This document shows positions 55,540 to 64,000 of a stretch of DNA of 64,000 nt, one piece after another. A program made the position numbers and the translations under genes. The number at the start of each line of letters is the position of its first letter. Position 1 is the first letter of the stretch. A model generated the notes under the pieces. It did not search any database and was not told where the DNA came from. It worked only from the letters and a program-made list of their open reading frames with translations. This DNA is from Novosphingobium sp. (GTDB taxonomy: Bacteria; Pseudomonadota; Alphaproteobacteria; Sphingomonadales; Sphingomonadaceae). The DNA is taken from positions 97,418 to 161,417 of the forward strand of contig JANPOS010000070.1 in assembly GCA_031428115.1 (NCBI GenBank), read 5' to 3'.

Positions 55540-57294
55540 TCAACGCTGCACGAGATATTCGGGCGCGGCCATCACCAGCAGGATCGCCGCCTGGATGCGG
55601 TTCAAAATGCCGGCATTGGTCGCAACCGAAATGGTATCGAGCGCGGTCTTCATCTGACTGATCGTGGTCGCCCCGATCTGGTTTGCGGCGAGCACCACGT
55701 TGAGCTCGGCCAGCAAGGCCTGACTGTCGGTCGCCAGCGGGGTCAGCGCGTCATAATTGGGCCGCGCCTCGCCCGCGCCATTGGCGATCAGCGTTTGCAT
55801 ATAATTGACATAAGCGATCACCGAAGGCTCGTTGGCCATCTGGAATTCGGGGGCGACGAGGCCCTTGGTGGAGACAGTCGTGCCCGGCGGGGTATAGCCG
55901 GGGCGAAACCAGTTGAACACGCTCGGTGCGCGGCCCGGGCTCTGCGCGAGCCGGTTGGCAGAAGAGCCGGTGTTGCCGAAAGGCCAGGTGTTGGTCGGCG
56001 AGGTGACGCCAAAGGCCTTGGCCCATTGCACCAGGCGCACCACCGGCTCGCGCAATTTGCCGAACGTCGCACTGGAGATCTGGCTGTCGTCGCGCGCTTC
56101 GGCATCGGTCAGGATCGCGCGGATCACTGCTTTCATGTCGCCGCGCACGCCGCTGCCGTTGTTGGCGAACACATTCGCCACCCGGCTGACATAGGCCGGC
56201 GAGGGATTGCTTGTCACCATGTGCTGGATCAGCTGCTTCGAGACAAACGGCGGCAGGCTGCTGTTGTTGAACAGCCCATCGAGCGCCATGCGCCGCGCGG
56301 TCGCGCCGTCGTGGCCCGCCGGAATGGCAACGCCGAGGAAGTTGATCGCCCCGGTTTCGTGTTGTGCAGCATTGATCGTCAGCGGCAGGCGCATCCGCGC
56401 AGGCGTGGTGTTGTCGTTGTTGGCCAGCACATAGCCGGTCCAAACCCGGGCATGCTGCGCGACATCGTCCTGGGTATAGGTCGGCACCGGATTGCCGCCC
56501 GAAGTCACTGGCGTGCCGTCCATATTGAGCTGGTTGAGCCCGATGGTGAACAGCTGCATCAGCTCGCGGGCATAATTCTCGTCCGGGATCGCGCCGGTCG
56601 TCGCATTGGCCTTCTGATTGCCCAGGAAGGTCAGGAAATAGGACATCGCGGTGCTGGTCGAGACGCCTTCCATGATGTCGCGGTAATTGCCGAAGGCATT
56701 GTCCCACAGCACATCGAGGTATGCCGCCATGATGAACGGCTCCCACGGCGCGCCGAAGCCGTCGATCGAAGCCACCCACATATTGAGCAGCGACATGCCC
56801 ACACGCTGGCGCAGGATATCGCCCGAGGCGATCAACTGCGACCACATCATCGGGTCAAAGCCATTGTTGGTGTTCACATTGGCGGCAGCGTCATAGCCGC
56901 CGGCAATCAGGAAATCCCAGAATTTCTGCGGCCGCGCCAAGGCAAACTGACCGGTGACCCAGGTGTTGAAGTTCGATGCGGCAAGGCTGGTGACATCGGC
57001 CTTGGCATAGCCGATCGCGGCCTGGCTGAGGAAACGCGAGGCCTGGGCCTGGGTGAGCGCCACCGGGGTGGGCGTCGGGCTGGGCGTGGGCGAAGGGGTT
57101 GGCGCCCCGCCGCCGCCACTGTTGCCACCGCCCGAACCGCCATCGCCGCAAGCGGCCAGCGCCAGCGATCCGGCCGCAGCCAGGCTGGTCGCGAGCGCAT
57201 TGCCGGAAACGCCGCCGCGCTGATCGGCGGGCAACAGGCCCGGCAGTTCGGGTTCTGCCAGTGTCGCGACACCGGGCATTCTGGCTTCTGTCAT
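55540..57294 (-). CDS. DUF1800 domain protein, probable lipoprotein
   Basis: It has a lipobox-like LALAAC followed by a Gly/Ser/Pro/Thr linker. The length and the pairing with DUF1501 are typical. Confidence 0.8.
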   Translation of the reverse strand: MTEARMPGVATLAEPELPGLLPADQRGGVSGNALATSLAAAGSLALAACGDGGSGGGNSGGGGAPTPSPTPSPTPTPVALTQAQASRFLSQAAIGYAKADVTSLAASNFNTWVTGQFALARPQKFWDFLIAGGYDAAANVNTNNGFDPMMWSQLIASGDILRQRVGMSLLNMWVASIDGFGAPWEPFIMAAYLDVLWDNAFGNYRDIMEGVSTSTAMSYFLTFLGNQKANATTGAIPDENYARELMQLFTIGLNQLNMDGTPVTSGGNPVPTYTQDDVAQHARVWTGYVLANNDNTTPARMRLPLTINAAQHETGAINFLGVAIPAGHDGATARRMALDGLFNNSSLPPFVSKQLIQHMVTSNPSPAYVSRVANVFANNGSGVRGDMKAVIRAILTDAEARDDSQISSATFGKLREPVVRLVQWAKAFGVTSPTNTWPFGNTGSSANRLAQSPGRAPSVFNWFRPGYTPPGTTVSTKGLVAPEFQMANEPSVIAYVNYMQTLIANGAGEARPNYDALTPLATDSQALLAELNVVLAANQIGATTISQMKTALDTISVATNAGILNRIQAAILLVMAAPEYLVQR

Positions 57295-57443
57295 GGCTTA
57301 GCCACCTCCCAGCTTGACGACCAGTTGCGCTTCATCATCCACGCGAGCTGAACGTGGCCTTTCGTTTCGTGGTAACCGGGCGCGAAAGGCTGTTGCGGCG
57401 CAAGCTGTAACCGAGGCGGGCGGGCGGCGGAATGCGTGGACAT
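57291..57443 (-). CDS. 50-aa ORF coupled to the DUF1800 gene
   Basis: GGAGGA lies 7 nt before the ATG at 57443. Its stop overlaps the DUF1800 ATG as ATGA. I know of no homology. Confidence 0.4.
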   Translation of the reverse strand: MSTHSAARPPRLQLAPQQPFAPGYHETKGHVQLAWMMKRNWSSSWEVAKP

Positions 57444-57481
57444 GACTTTTTCCTCCGTTGCGTTTCTGAAGCGCACTTGCG

Positions 57482-58474
57482 TCAGGCGCGCGTCAGCATG
57501 ATTCGTGAAATCTGGCGGCGTCCGTCGCGCCGCTCCAGCTGGACAATCGCGTCAATCGTGGTGGTGGCATAGTGGATGATATCCTCGCGGCTGAGCCGCG
57601 TGCCGGCTTGCAGCACGATCAGCGCCAATTGCTCGAGCGCGCCATCAGGGCTGTCGGCATGGATCGTGGTCATCGAGCCGGGATGGCCGGTGTTGATCGC
57701 GCGCAGGAAGGTATAAGCCTCATTGCCGCGCAATTCGCCCAGGATAATCCGGTCTGGCCGCATCCGCAGCGCCGCCTGCAGCAGGTCGTCGGCGTTGACC
57801 TGCGCCTCGCCCAGCGCGCCCTTGATCGCCAGCAGCGCCACGGAATTGGCATGAGGCAGCTTCACTTCGGCGGTATCCTCGATCAGCACCAGCCGTTCTT
57901 CGGCAGGGATTTCCTTGATCAGCGCGTTGAGAAACGTGGTCTTGCCGGTCGAGGTGCCGCCCGAAATCAGGATGTTGCGCCGTGCCTTGACCAGCATGGC
58001 CATGAAAGCAGCGAGCGCGGCGGGATCGTTGCTGGCGGGCGCGTCGACCGCACGCAGCGCGCTTGCCCCGCGCGAGAACCGGGTCGGGGCGAACGCGCCC
58101 TCGGCGAGGTAATCACTGAGGGTCAGGTCAGGCACGACATGCTTGCGGATCGCCATTGCCAGGCTCCCGCGGGTGGCCGGCGGGGCGACGATCTGCACCC
58201 GCGCGCCATCGGGCAGGGTGGCGGCGAGCAGCGGGTATTCGCGGCTGATGCCCTGATGGCTGAGGCTGGCGATCTGGCGGGCGAGCTGCCACAGCCGCGC
58301 TTCGTCAAGCTCGGGCATGGCGTGGCGCTCGATGCCCCCCGTCAGGGTCTCGATCCACACCTCACCCGGCCGGTTGATGAAGACATCAGTGACTTCGGCG
58401 CGCGCGAGCACCGGGAGCAGCGGCGCGAGATAGGCGTCGAGGAAACGCAGCGGGGCGTTTGCGGTCATGGTCAT
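57482..58474 (-). CDS. virB11: type IV secretion ATPase VirB11
   Basis: It has Walker A GGTSTGKTT, LVLIEDTAE and a His box TGHPGSMTTIHA. Confidence 0.92.
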   Translation of the reverse strand: MTMTANAPLRFLDAYLAPLLPVLARAEVTDVFINRPGEVWIETLTGGIERHAMPELDEARLWQLARQIASLSHQGISREYPLLAATLPDGARVQIVAPPATRGSLAMAIRKHVVPDLTLSDYLAEGAFAPTRFSRGASALRAVDAPASNDPAALAAFMAMLVKARRNILISGGTSTGKTTFLNALIKEIPAEERLVLIEDTAEVKLPHANSVALLAIKGALGEAQVNADDLLQAALRMRPDRIILGELRGNEAYTFLRAINTGHPGSMTTIHADSPDGALEQLALIVLQAGTRLSREDIIHYATTTIDAIVQLERRDGRRQISRIMLTRA

Positions 58475-59514
58475 CTGACCGCCGGGGTGCCGCCGAAATC
58501 GAGATCGCGCGCGACCAGCACGGCGATTTGCGCGCCTTCGCGAACCTTGACCGTCGGCGGGCGCTGGGTGGCCGGAACCAGGCTCTGGCCGACTTGCGCG
58601 GCGGCCGCCGGCAGCCCGACATAGACCGCGCCGCTGTCGCGCGGCACCGAAGCAAGATTAACCCCGATGGTCAGCGCCGATTGCAGCACCGCGCTGGAAA
58701 ACCGCTCCCAGAAATGGGTGTTGACCCGGCCGGGCACGCCCGCCCCGCCCATTGCATCGGTCACCGGCGAGCCGATGCGGATCGCCACTCCATCTGGCCG
58801 GATCAGCCGGTTCCAGGTCACCAGCACGCGGCGCAGCCCGGCGCTGGTATCGGCCTTGAATTCGCCGATCAGCCGGCTGCCGCGCGGGATCAGCACGCGG
58901 GTGCCATCGAAGCTGCGCACGTCCTGCGAGGTGATTGCGCGGGCAAGGCCGGGGCGGTCGGAATCGAGCGGGGTTTCGAGCACGGCAGCGATGATCGCGC
59001 CTTGCGGGATGATCGAGCCGCGGTTGCGGATGATCGTCGCGCGCACGGCATCATCGCCGGCATCGGCTAGCCCGGGGGGGGCGGCGCCGTTTATCTGCGC
59101 GCCGTTCCCGGCGGTGAGATCGACCACCAGCGAAGGTTCGTTGCCGCGCTGGCGCATCGGCGGCCCGGCAGCGGCAGTGGCATTCGGCATCGGCGCAGGC
59201 GCGCGCTGCATGGTGATCGGCTGCGGCACTGGCCGGGGTGCGGGCCGCGCGGGGCCGGGATCGACCACCACCACCGGCGCGGGCGGCGGCGGGGCGGGCG
59301 GGATCAGCAGATCGGGCGGCGGCGCGGGCAGGCGGCTGGCCGATGCGCTGGCGCCCCCACCCTCAATGTCGCCGATCATCGCGCGCCGGTTGGCATCGAG
59401 ATAGAGGAACAGGCCAAGCGCGCACAGCAGCACGATGCCGATCAGCAAGGGCAGCGGCGCGCCTTCGCGCGGCAGTTCGATCTGTGGTTGCAGCTCGCGC
59501 GTTTCATCGCTCAT
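58471..59514 (-). CDS. virB10: type IV secretion protein VirB10 (TrbI family)
   Basis: It has an N-terminal TM helix, a Pro-rich linker (PPAPPPPAPVVVVDPGPARPAP) and a conserved C-terminal barrel region (GTRVLIPRGSRLIGEF...DAMGGAGVPGRVNTHF). Confidence 0.9.
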   Translation of the reverse strand: MSDETRELQPQIELPREGAPLPLLIGIVLLCALGLFLYLDANRRAMIGDIEGGGASASASRLPAPPPDLLIPPAPPPPAPVVVVDPGPARPAPRPVPQPITMQRAPAPMPNATAAAGPPMRQRGNEPSLVVDLTAGNGAQINGAAPPGLADAGDDAVRATIIRNRGSIIPQGAIIAAVLETPLDSDRPGLARAITSQDVRSFDGTRVLIPRGSRLIGEFKADTSAGLRRVLVTWNRLIRPDGVAIRIGSPVTDAMGGAGVPGRVNTHFWERFSSAVLQSALTIGVNLASVPRDSGAVYVGLPAAAAQVGQSLVPATQRPPTVKVREGAQIAVLVARDLDFGGTPAVR

Positions 59515-60203
59515 GGCACGCTCCCTTCGATCCGCGCCGCGCTGGCGCGCGACTTGCCGTGGATGAACACCAGCCGTTCGGGCACGCCTTCGAGCACAAA
59601 GACGCCCTCGCGCATCAAGCCGTTGACCAAAGCCAGCTGGCCCTTGGCGTCCGCACGGTAGACCGCCGGCAGGGTCACATCTTCCGCCCAGCGGAGCGAG
59701 GTGAACTGGCCGTCTTCGGAAATGCTTTCAGGCCACAGGGCGCGGTCGCCCTTCAGCTCATAGCGCGCCGAAGGTTCGGCTGCGGCCTGCTCGGCGCCTT
59801 GCGGGATCGCCGGATAGACGAAGTTGAGCACATAGGGCTGATAGCGCCGCGCCATGCCTTCCTCGCTGAGCGAGAAGGTGTAGCTGCGCTGATCGGTGAT
59901 GACGGTCAGGTTGGTCGGCAGCGCGCCTGGGGCGGGCTTGACCACCAGCGCGTCGGCGCGGCGATTGGCCTGCGCCTGCCACGAGCCGGGATCGCCCAGC
60001 GTCACCGTCTCGATGCGCTCGTCGGGCGAGAAGCGGATGGTCACCGCATAGCCCGCCGCCAGCCGCAGCGCGACGACTTCATCGGGATCATAGGCCACCG
60101 ACTGGATGCGCGGATCGGCCATGCCGGGGGTGGGCACGACTTCGGCGGCAAGTGGTGCCGCGAACAGGGCCAGGGAGGCCATGAGGAGAAGCGCGCGGCT
60201 CAA
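59511..60203 (-). CDS. virB9: type IV secretion protein VirB9 (TrbG/CagX family)
   Basis: It has a signal peptide and the YDPDEVV, NLTVITDQRSYTF and LVFIHG regions typical of VirB9. Confidence 0.88.
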   Translation of the reverse strand: MSRALLLMASLALFAAPLAAEVVPTPGMADPRIQSVAYDPDEVVALRLAAGYAVTIRFSPDERIETVTLGDPGSWQAQANRRADALVVKPAPGALPTNLTVITDQRSYTFSLSEEGMARRYQPYVLNFVYPAIPQGAEQAAAEPSARYELKGDRALWPESISEDGQFTSLRWAEDVTLPAVYRADAKGQLALVNGLMREGVFVLEGVPERLVFIHGKSRASAARIEGSVP

Positions 60204-60994
60204 TTCGCGCCTGCCGGGCGGGGGGCGACGGCGGTCTGTGCAGCGGGTGCCGGGGCGGGTGCTGGCGCCAGTGCGCTGGTCTGCTGCGGCGCTGCTTCCT
60301 GGTCGCGGCGGTATTCGATCACCTGAAAGCCCAGCGGATTTGACAGGCGGTCCTCGAGGCTGAGCGGCTCGCCGGTGAAGCGGAAGCGCAGCTGCGCGAC
60401 ATACCAGCCCTTGGTCACTGCGCCCTGGCCCTGATCGCGCCGCTCGGTGGAGAAGCGCACTTGCACCGTATCGGCCCCGCTGGGGGTGACGCTTTCAACC
60501 GTCGCGGTGACCTGCGCCGAGCGCGGATAGGCGTTGAGCGGGCTCATCGGGTTCGACATCGGCATCAAGGCCAGATAGTCGCGGCGCGCGCCCTCGCCCG
60601 ACCACAGCGCGACTTTCTTGTATTGCTGGGCGAGCCCGTTGATCTCGAAGCCCTCACGCGCGATGACATATTGCGCGAGCATCGAATGGGTCAGCGCGGT
60701 GTTGGGCTTGATCGTTTCGGGATGCTTGCCCTCGAGCACCTGGACATAGCCGGTCGTGCGGTCGACCATCACGGTATAGGGCACGACGGTCTTGATCGGT
60801 GCGAGCGCGATCAGCGCCAGCGCCTCGAGCGCGGCGATGCCGGTGGCGATCGAGGCCACGATCCAGGCAGTGCGGCGCGATTTGCGCGCGTCGACATCGC
60901 GGTCGATCCCCCAGCTGCGTGCCTCGGCGTAGTAGGACTCGCGCCCAGCAGCATTGGCTTCTGCGGGATCGATCGGGGGTGCTGCTTTGCTCAT
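60200..60994 (-). CDS. virB8: type IV secretion protein VirB8
   Basis: It has a single N-terminal TM helix, then VPYTVMVDRTTGYVQVL and an NTF2-like periplasmic domain. The C-terminal tail is Ala/Pro-rich. Confidence 0.88.
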   Translation of the reverse strand: MSKAAPPIDPAEANAAGRESYYAEARSWGIDRDVDARKSRRTAWIVASIATGIAALEALALIALAPIKTVVPYTVMVDRTTGYVQVLEGKHPETIKPNTALTHSMLAQYVIAREGFEINGLAQQYKKVALWSGEGARRDYLALMPMSNPMSPLNAYPRSAQVTATVESVTPSGADTVQVRFSTERRDQGQGAVTKGWYVAQLRFRFTGEPLSLEDRLSNPLGFQVIEYRRDQEAAPQQTSALAPAPAPAPAAQTAVAPRPAGAN

Positions 60995-62241
60995 GTCAGT
61001 TCATCCCGGAGCCGGGCCCCGGCGGACTGGCGTTGCAAGGTTCGCCGGCCTGATTGGCCAAGCGGTATGGGTGCGAGCACGCTGGACCCGCCGCCGTCAT
61101 TCGCGCCGCTTGCCGGATGCGGCAGGGCAAGCCGCTGCGGCGCACCGGCAGTCACCAGCGCGCGTTCCTCGCGCCAGCCCTGCGCCGTGGCCGCATCAGC
61201 GACCCGCTGGGCGCGGCTGCGTTCCTCGCCGCCTGCCCTCGCCCAGTCCGGCGCGGGCAGCGCCAGGGGGCGTTCGGGCAAGGCGAAGCGGCCGAGATCG
61301 AGCACGCGGTTTTTCGGCCAGACGAAACCCAGCCCGACCCGCGCCATCGCCACCAGCACCGCGAGCACGATCAGCGCGAAGACCGCCGCCGTGGCGAAAA
61401 TCTGCTGCGGCAAGGCAGCCACCGGGCGGCTGGCATCGAGCAGGTCGCGAAGGGCCAGCACTTGCGGCTCGACGATTGCCATTTGCAGGGCCAGCACCGC
61501 CGGCACCGCGATCGCCCCCAGCATCGCCCCGCCCAGCACGCGCAGCCAGCCGACGAACAACCCGCGCGTGCCCTCAAACAGCAGGCAGGCGATGAACACC
61601 GGACCGAGCGCGAGCAGAATTCCCATCACCACCCGCACGGCCAGCAGCCCGGCCAGCGCCGAGGCGACCATTGCGCCTACTGCCGAAGTGACACTGCCGC
61701 TCGCCGTCTCCGAAAGCACGGCCTTGGCCGGACGCGCCGGCTGGGCAGGTGGCGGCGCGGCGCCCGGCTGGGCATTGGCGGCCACCGGCGGCGTCGCGGC
61801 GCGCGCGGTGGCGGCATCTTCGACCAGCTGCGCCAGCGCCCCGTTCACCCCATCAAGCCGGGCAGCGAGCATTCCCGAGCCGCCGCTGTTCAATCCGGCG
61901 GAATTCAGGAAACCCGATGCCGCCGCTTCCGGCGTCTTGGTTGCGACATCGTAAACCAGCACCCGCCAGGCCGGCCACTGCGTCGCAAGCGCCAGCACGA
62001 AGCCAATCTTGAGCGCGGTGGTCAACCCCTCGCGCACGGTGACATCGCCGCCCATCAGCAGCCGGTAGCCGATCAGCGCGACGTATATCGTCAGCAGCCC
62101 GGTGAGCGCCATGCCGAAAGCCGAGCCCGGCCCCAGCGCCCGGTAGCCCTCCTCGCCCAGCCCCAGCGCCTGGCAATCCACCCAGGCAAGCACATTGCCC
62201 ACGTAAGGCCCGAGCGGCTCGAAGGGCGCACAGACCGCCAT
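60991..62241 (-). CDS. virB6: type IV secretion protein VirB6 (TrbL/VirB6 family)
   Basis: It is a polytopic membrane protein placed between virB4 and virB8. I moved the start to the ATG at 62241, which overlaps the virB4 stop as TGATG. Confidence 0.8.
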   Translation of the reverse strand: MAVCAPFEPLGPYVGNVLAWVDCQALGLGEEGYRALGPGSAFGMALTGLLTIYVALIGYRLLMGGDVTVREGLTTALKIGFVLALATQWPAWRVLVYDVATKTPEAAASGFLNSAGLNSGGSGMLAARLDGVNGALAQLVEDAATARAATPPVAANAQPGAAPPPAQPARPAKAVLSETASGSVTSAVGAMVASALAGLLAVRVVMGILLALGPVFIACLLFEGTRGLFVGWLRVLGGAMLGAIAVPAVLALQMAIVEPQVLALRDLLDASRPVAALPQQIFATAAVFALIVLAVLVAMARVGLGFVWPKNRVLDLGRFALPERPLALPAPDWARAGGEERSRAQRVADAATAQGWREERALVTAGAPQRLALPHPASGANDGGGSSVLAPIPLGQSGRRTLQRQSAGARLRDELT

Positions 62242-64000
62242 CAGGCGACTTTCACCAGTTCGGGAATCCACATGGCGGGATCATCGCCGGTGCGGCTGCG
62301 GATCTCGTCGAACAGCCGCACCGTGCGCTCGCGGCCCGAGAGGATGGTGAGCAGATCGTCCGCGCCCGCCAGATTGAGCCGCACGACAACGCTTTCCGCG
62401 CCATGCTTGACGAGGAAACAGCGCGAGGTGTCGGGCAGACTGCGCACCAGCTGGTATTCATGGTCTGTGAGGCCGAAGCCGGTGACATAGTCTTCGCGCG
62501 CCGCTTTGGGATTGGCGGTGAAGATCTGCGTTGCGGCCTGCTCGACGATGGCGGAGGAAATCTTGCTGGCGAGCGCGTCCTCGGCATTTTGCGTCACGAA
62601 ACCGACAATGCCGTTGCGTTTGCGGATGGTCTTTTCCCAGTCGCGGATGCGCGCGACAAACACGTCGTCATCCAGCGCCTTCCAGCCTTCATCGACCACG
62701 ATGATCGCCGGGCTGCCGTCGAGCCGTTCGTCGACCCGGTGGAACATGTACATCATCGCCGGGGTGCGCAGCACCGGGTCATCGAGCAGCCGGGTCATGT
62801 CGAAGCCGATGGCATCGTGGCTGAGGTCAATCTCGTCGGCCTTGTTGTCGAACAGCCAGGCGTGTTCGCCCTTGCCCCACCACGGGCGCATCCGGGCGTG
62901 CAGATCCTTGGCGTGCGGACGGTGGCCGCCGCGCAGCAGCTCGACGAAACTGCTCAGCCGCCGGTAGACTTGCGGCGCGGCCATGCTGGCATCAACCGCT
63001 TCCTTGATCTGCGCGGTCTCGTCCGGGCTGACCGGCTCGCCGTCGCTGCCCGCCAGCCGCGCGACCCATTCCATCAGGAAGCGGCGGTTTTCGGCGCTAT
63101 CCGCCAGCAGCAGCGGGTTCATCCGGCTAGGCACGCCAGGGCGCAGCACGTCATAGACCCCGCCGATGGCGCGGATGAACAGTTCGGCGCCGCGATCCTT
63201 GTCGAAGAAGATGATGCGCGGGGCAAACCGCCGCGCCTGCGCCAGCAGGAAATTGACGATGACGGTCTTGCCCGAGCCCGAGGGGCCGATGACGGTGAAA
63301 TTGCCCAGGTCACCATGATGGAAATTGAAATGGTAAGGCCCGGCGGCGGTGGTCTCGAAGGTCGCCACCGCCGGTCCCCAGTGGTTACCCGTCGCCTTGC
63401 CCAGCGGAAAATTGTGCCCGCTGGCGAGGCTGGCGAAATTGGCCGAGCCGATCAGCGCGCGGCGCGCGATATAGCCGAAATTGCCGGGGAACTGCGCCCA
63501 GAACGCCGCCTCCAGCCCCAGATCCTCGCGGACGGTGATCATGCCGAGATCGGTCAGCGCCGCTTGCACTTCGGCGACCCCGGCATCGACTGCCTGCTGG
63601 CCTTCCCCTCGCACCATCACCGTCAGATGATGCTCGCCAAACGCCGCACGGCCCGCCGCGACTTCATCTTTGGCTTGCGCCAGCTCGCCGCGCAGGCTCA
63701 GCGCCTCGTCGTCCGACGCCTTCATTCGCCGCAGCGCGAGGTTCATTCGGCCAAGGCTCGCCTGCCGGTCGACGAAAGCGAAGCTCTGCGTCACCACCAT
63801 TTCGGCGGGAATCCGCAGCAGCTCGTCGAGCATCCCCGGCGCGGTCTGCCCTGGATAGTCCTTCGCCGAGATGACGGCGGCCAGGCCGCGCGGCAATTCC
63901 GCCGTTGGCCCCAGCTCAAGCGTGTCCGCCCCGAAGCTCACCCGGCGATAGGGCAGCACCTCGCCGGCATCGCCATAAGGCATTCGCACCGGCGTGAGCT
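62241..64000 (-). CDS. virB4: type IV secretion ATPase VirB4, 5' end outside window
   Basis: It has Walker A GPSGSGKTV and Walker B region IIVVDEGW. The reading frame stays open to position 64000 (no stop upstream of the GTG at 63989), and VirB4 proteins are about 800 aa. Confidence 0.92.
   Translation of the reverse strand, partial: LTPVRMPYGDAGEVLPYRRVSFGADTLELGPTAELPRGLAAVISAKDYPGQTAPGMLDELLRIPAEMVVTQSFAFVDRQASLGRMNLALRRMKASDDEALSLRGELAQAKDEVAAGRAAFGEHHLTVMVRGEGQQAVDAGVAEVQAALTDLGMITVREDLGLEAAFWAQFPGNFGYIARRALIGSANFASLASGHNFPLGKATGNHWGPAVATFETTAAGPYHFNFHHGDLGNFTVIGPSGSGKTVIVNFLLAQARRFAPRIIFFDKDRGAELFIRAIGGVYDVLRPGVPSRMNPLLLADSAENRRFLMEWVARLAGSDGEPVSPDETAQIKEAVDASMAAPQVYRRLSSFVELLRGGHRPHAKDLHARMRPWWGKGEHAWLFDNKADEIDLSHDAIGFDMTRLLDDPVLRTPAMMYMFHRVDERLDGSPAIIVVDEGWKALDDDVFVARIRDWEKTIRKRNGIVGFVTQNAEDALASKISSAIVEQAATQIFTANPKAAREDYVTGFGLTDHEYQLVRSLPDTSRCFLVKHGAESVVVRLNLAGADDLLTILSGRERTVRLFDEIRSRTGDDPAMWIPELVKVA

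Noticed and set aside
1-64000. I looked for CRISPR arrays, rRNA genes, and IS transposases, integrases or phage genes.
   Set aside because: I found no regularly spaced direct repeats, no rRNA-like sequence, and no ORF with transposase, integrase or recombinase motifs. The only mobile-element-like signal is the inverted-repeat-bounded cassette at 50063-52020.

Overview
Dense, GC-rich alphaproteobacterial chromosome segment. My guess is Sphingomonadales, inferred only from the look of the proteins. I call 57 CDS, 2 tRNAs, 1 clear intrinsic terminator and a few repeat features. I see no rRNA, CRISPR array, transposase or integrase. Most of the window is housekeeping or ordinary accessory metabolism: uppP, an M13 peptidase, an ABC exporter, gpx, purU, petABC, pepN, apt, aqpZ, glk-eda, lepA, a DUF2946/TonB-receptor/PepSY uptake operon, and an IorAB-type molybdoenzyme flanked by two amidohydrolase_2 genes. 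Five regions deserve attention. (1) At 49.3-52.1 kb, just after lepA, a zeta-toxin-like kinase with a coupled small ORF is followed by a low-GC, about 2 kb three-gene overlapping operon (TIGR04255-like plus two unknown proteins). That operon is bracketed by composite inverted repeats and has no recombinase. This is my best candidate for an undescribed mobile or conflict module. (2) At 32.2-35.4 kb, inositol-3-phosphate synthase sits with a separate NTP-transferase and a CDP-alcohol phosphotransferase, which suggests a CDP-inositol route. (3) At 42.2-47.3 kb there are two tandem paralogous PAS-GGDEF-EAL-PilZ proteins; the second has a degenerate EAL domain. (4) At 57.5-64.0 kb there is a virB4-B6-B8-B9-B10-B11 type IV secretion cluster, cut by the window edge, with no room for virB5 or virB7. 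(5) Next to the T4SS lies a DUF1800/DUF1501 pair with a coupled 50-aa ORF. The ORF track translates GTG and TTG starts as M. Several starts were refined by hand and remain uncertain. Many long ORFs antisense to real genes are GC-driven shadows.
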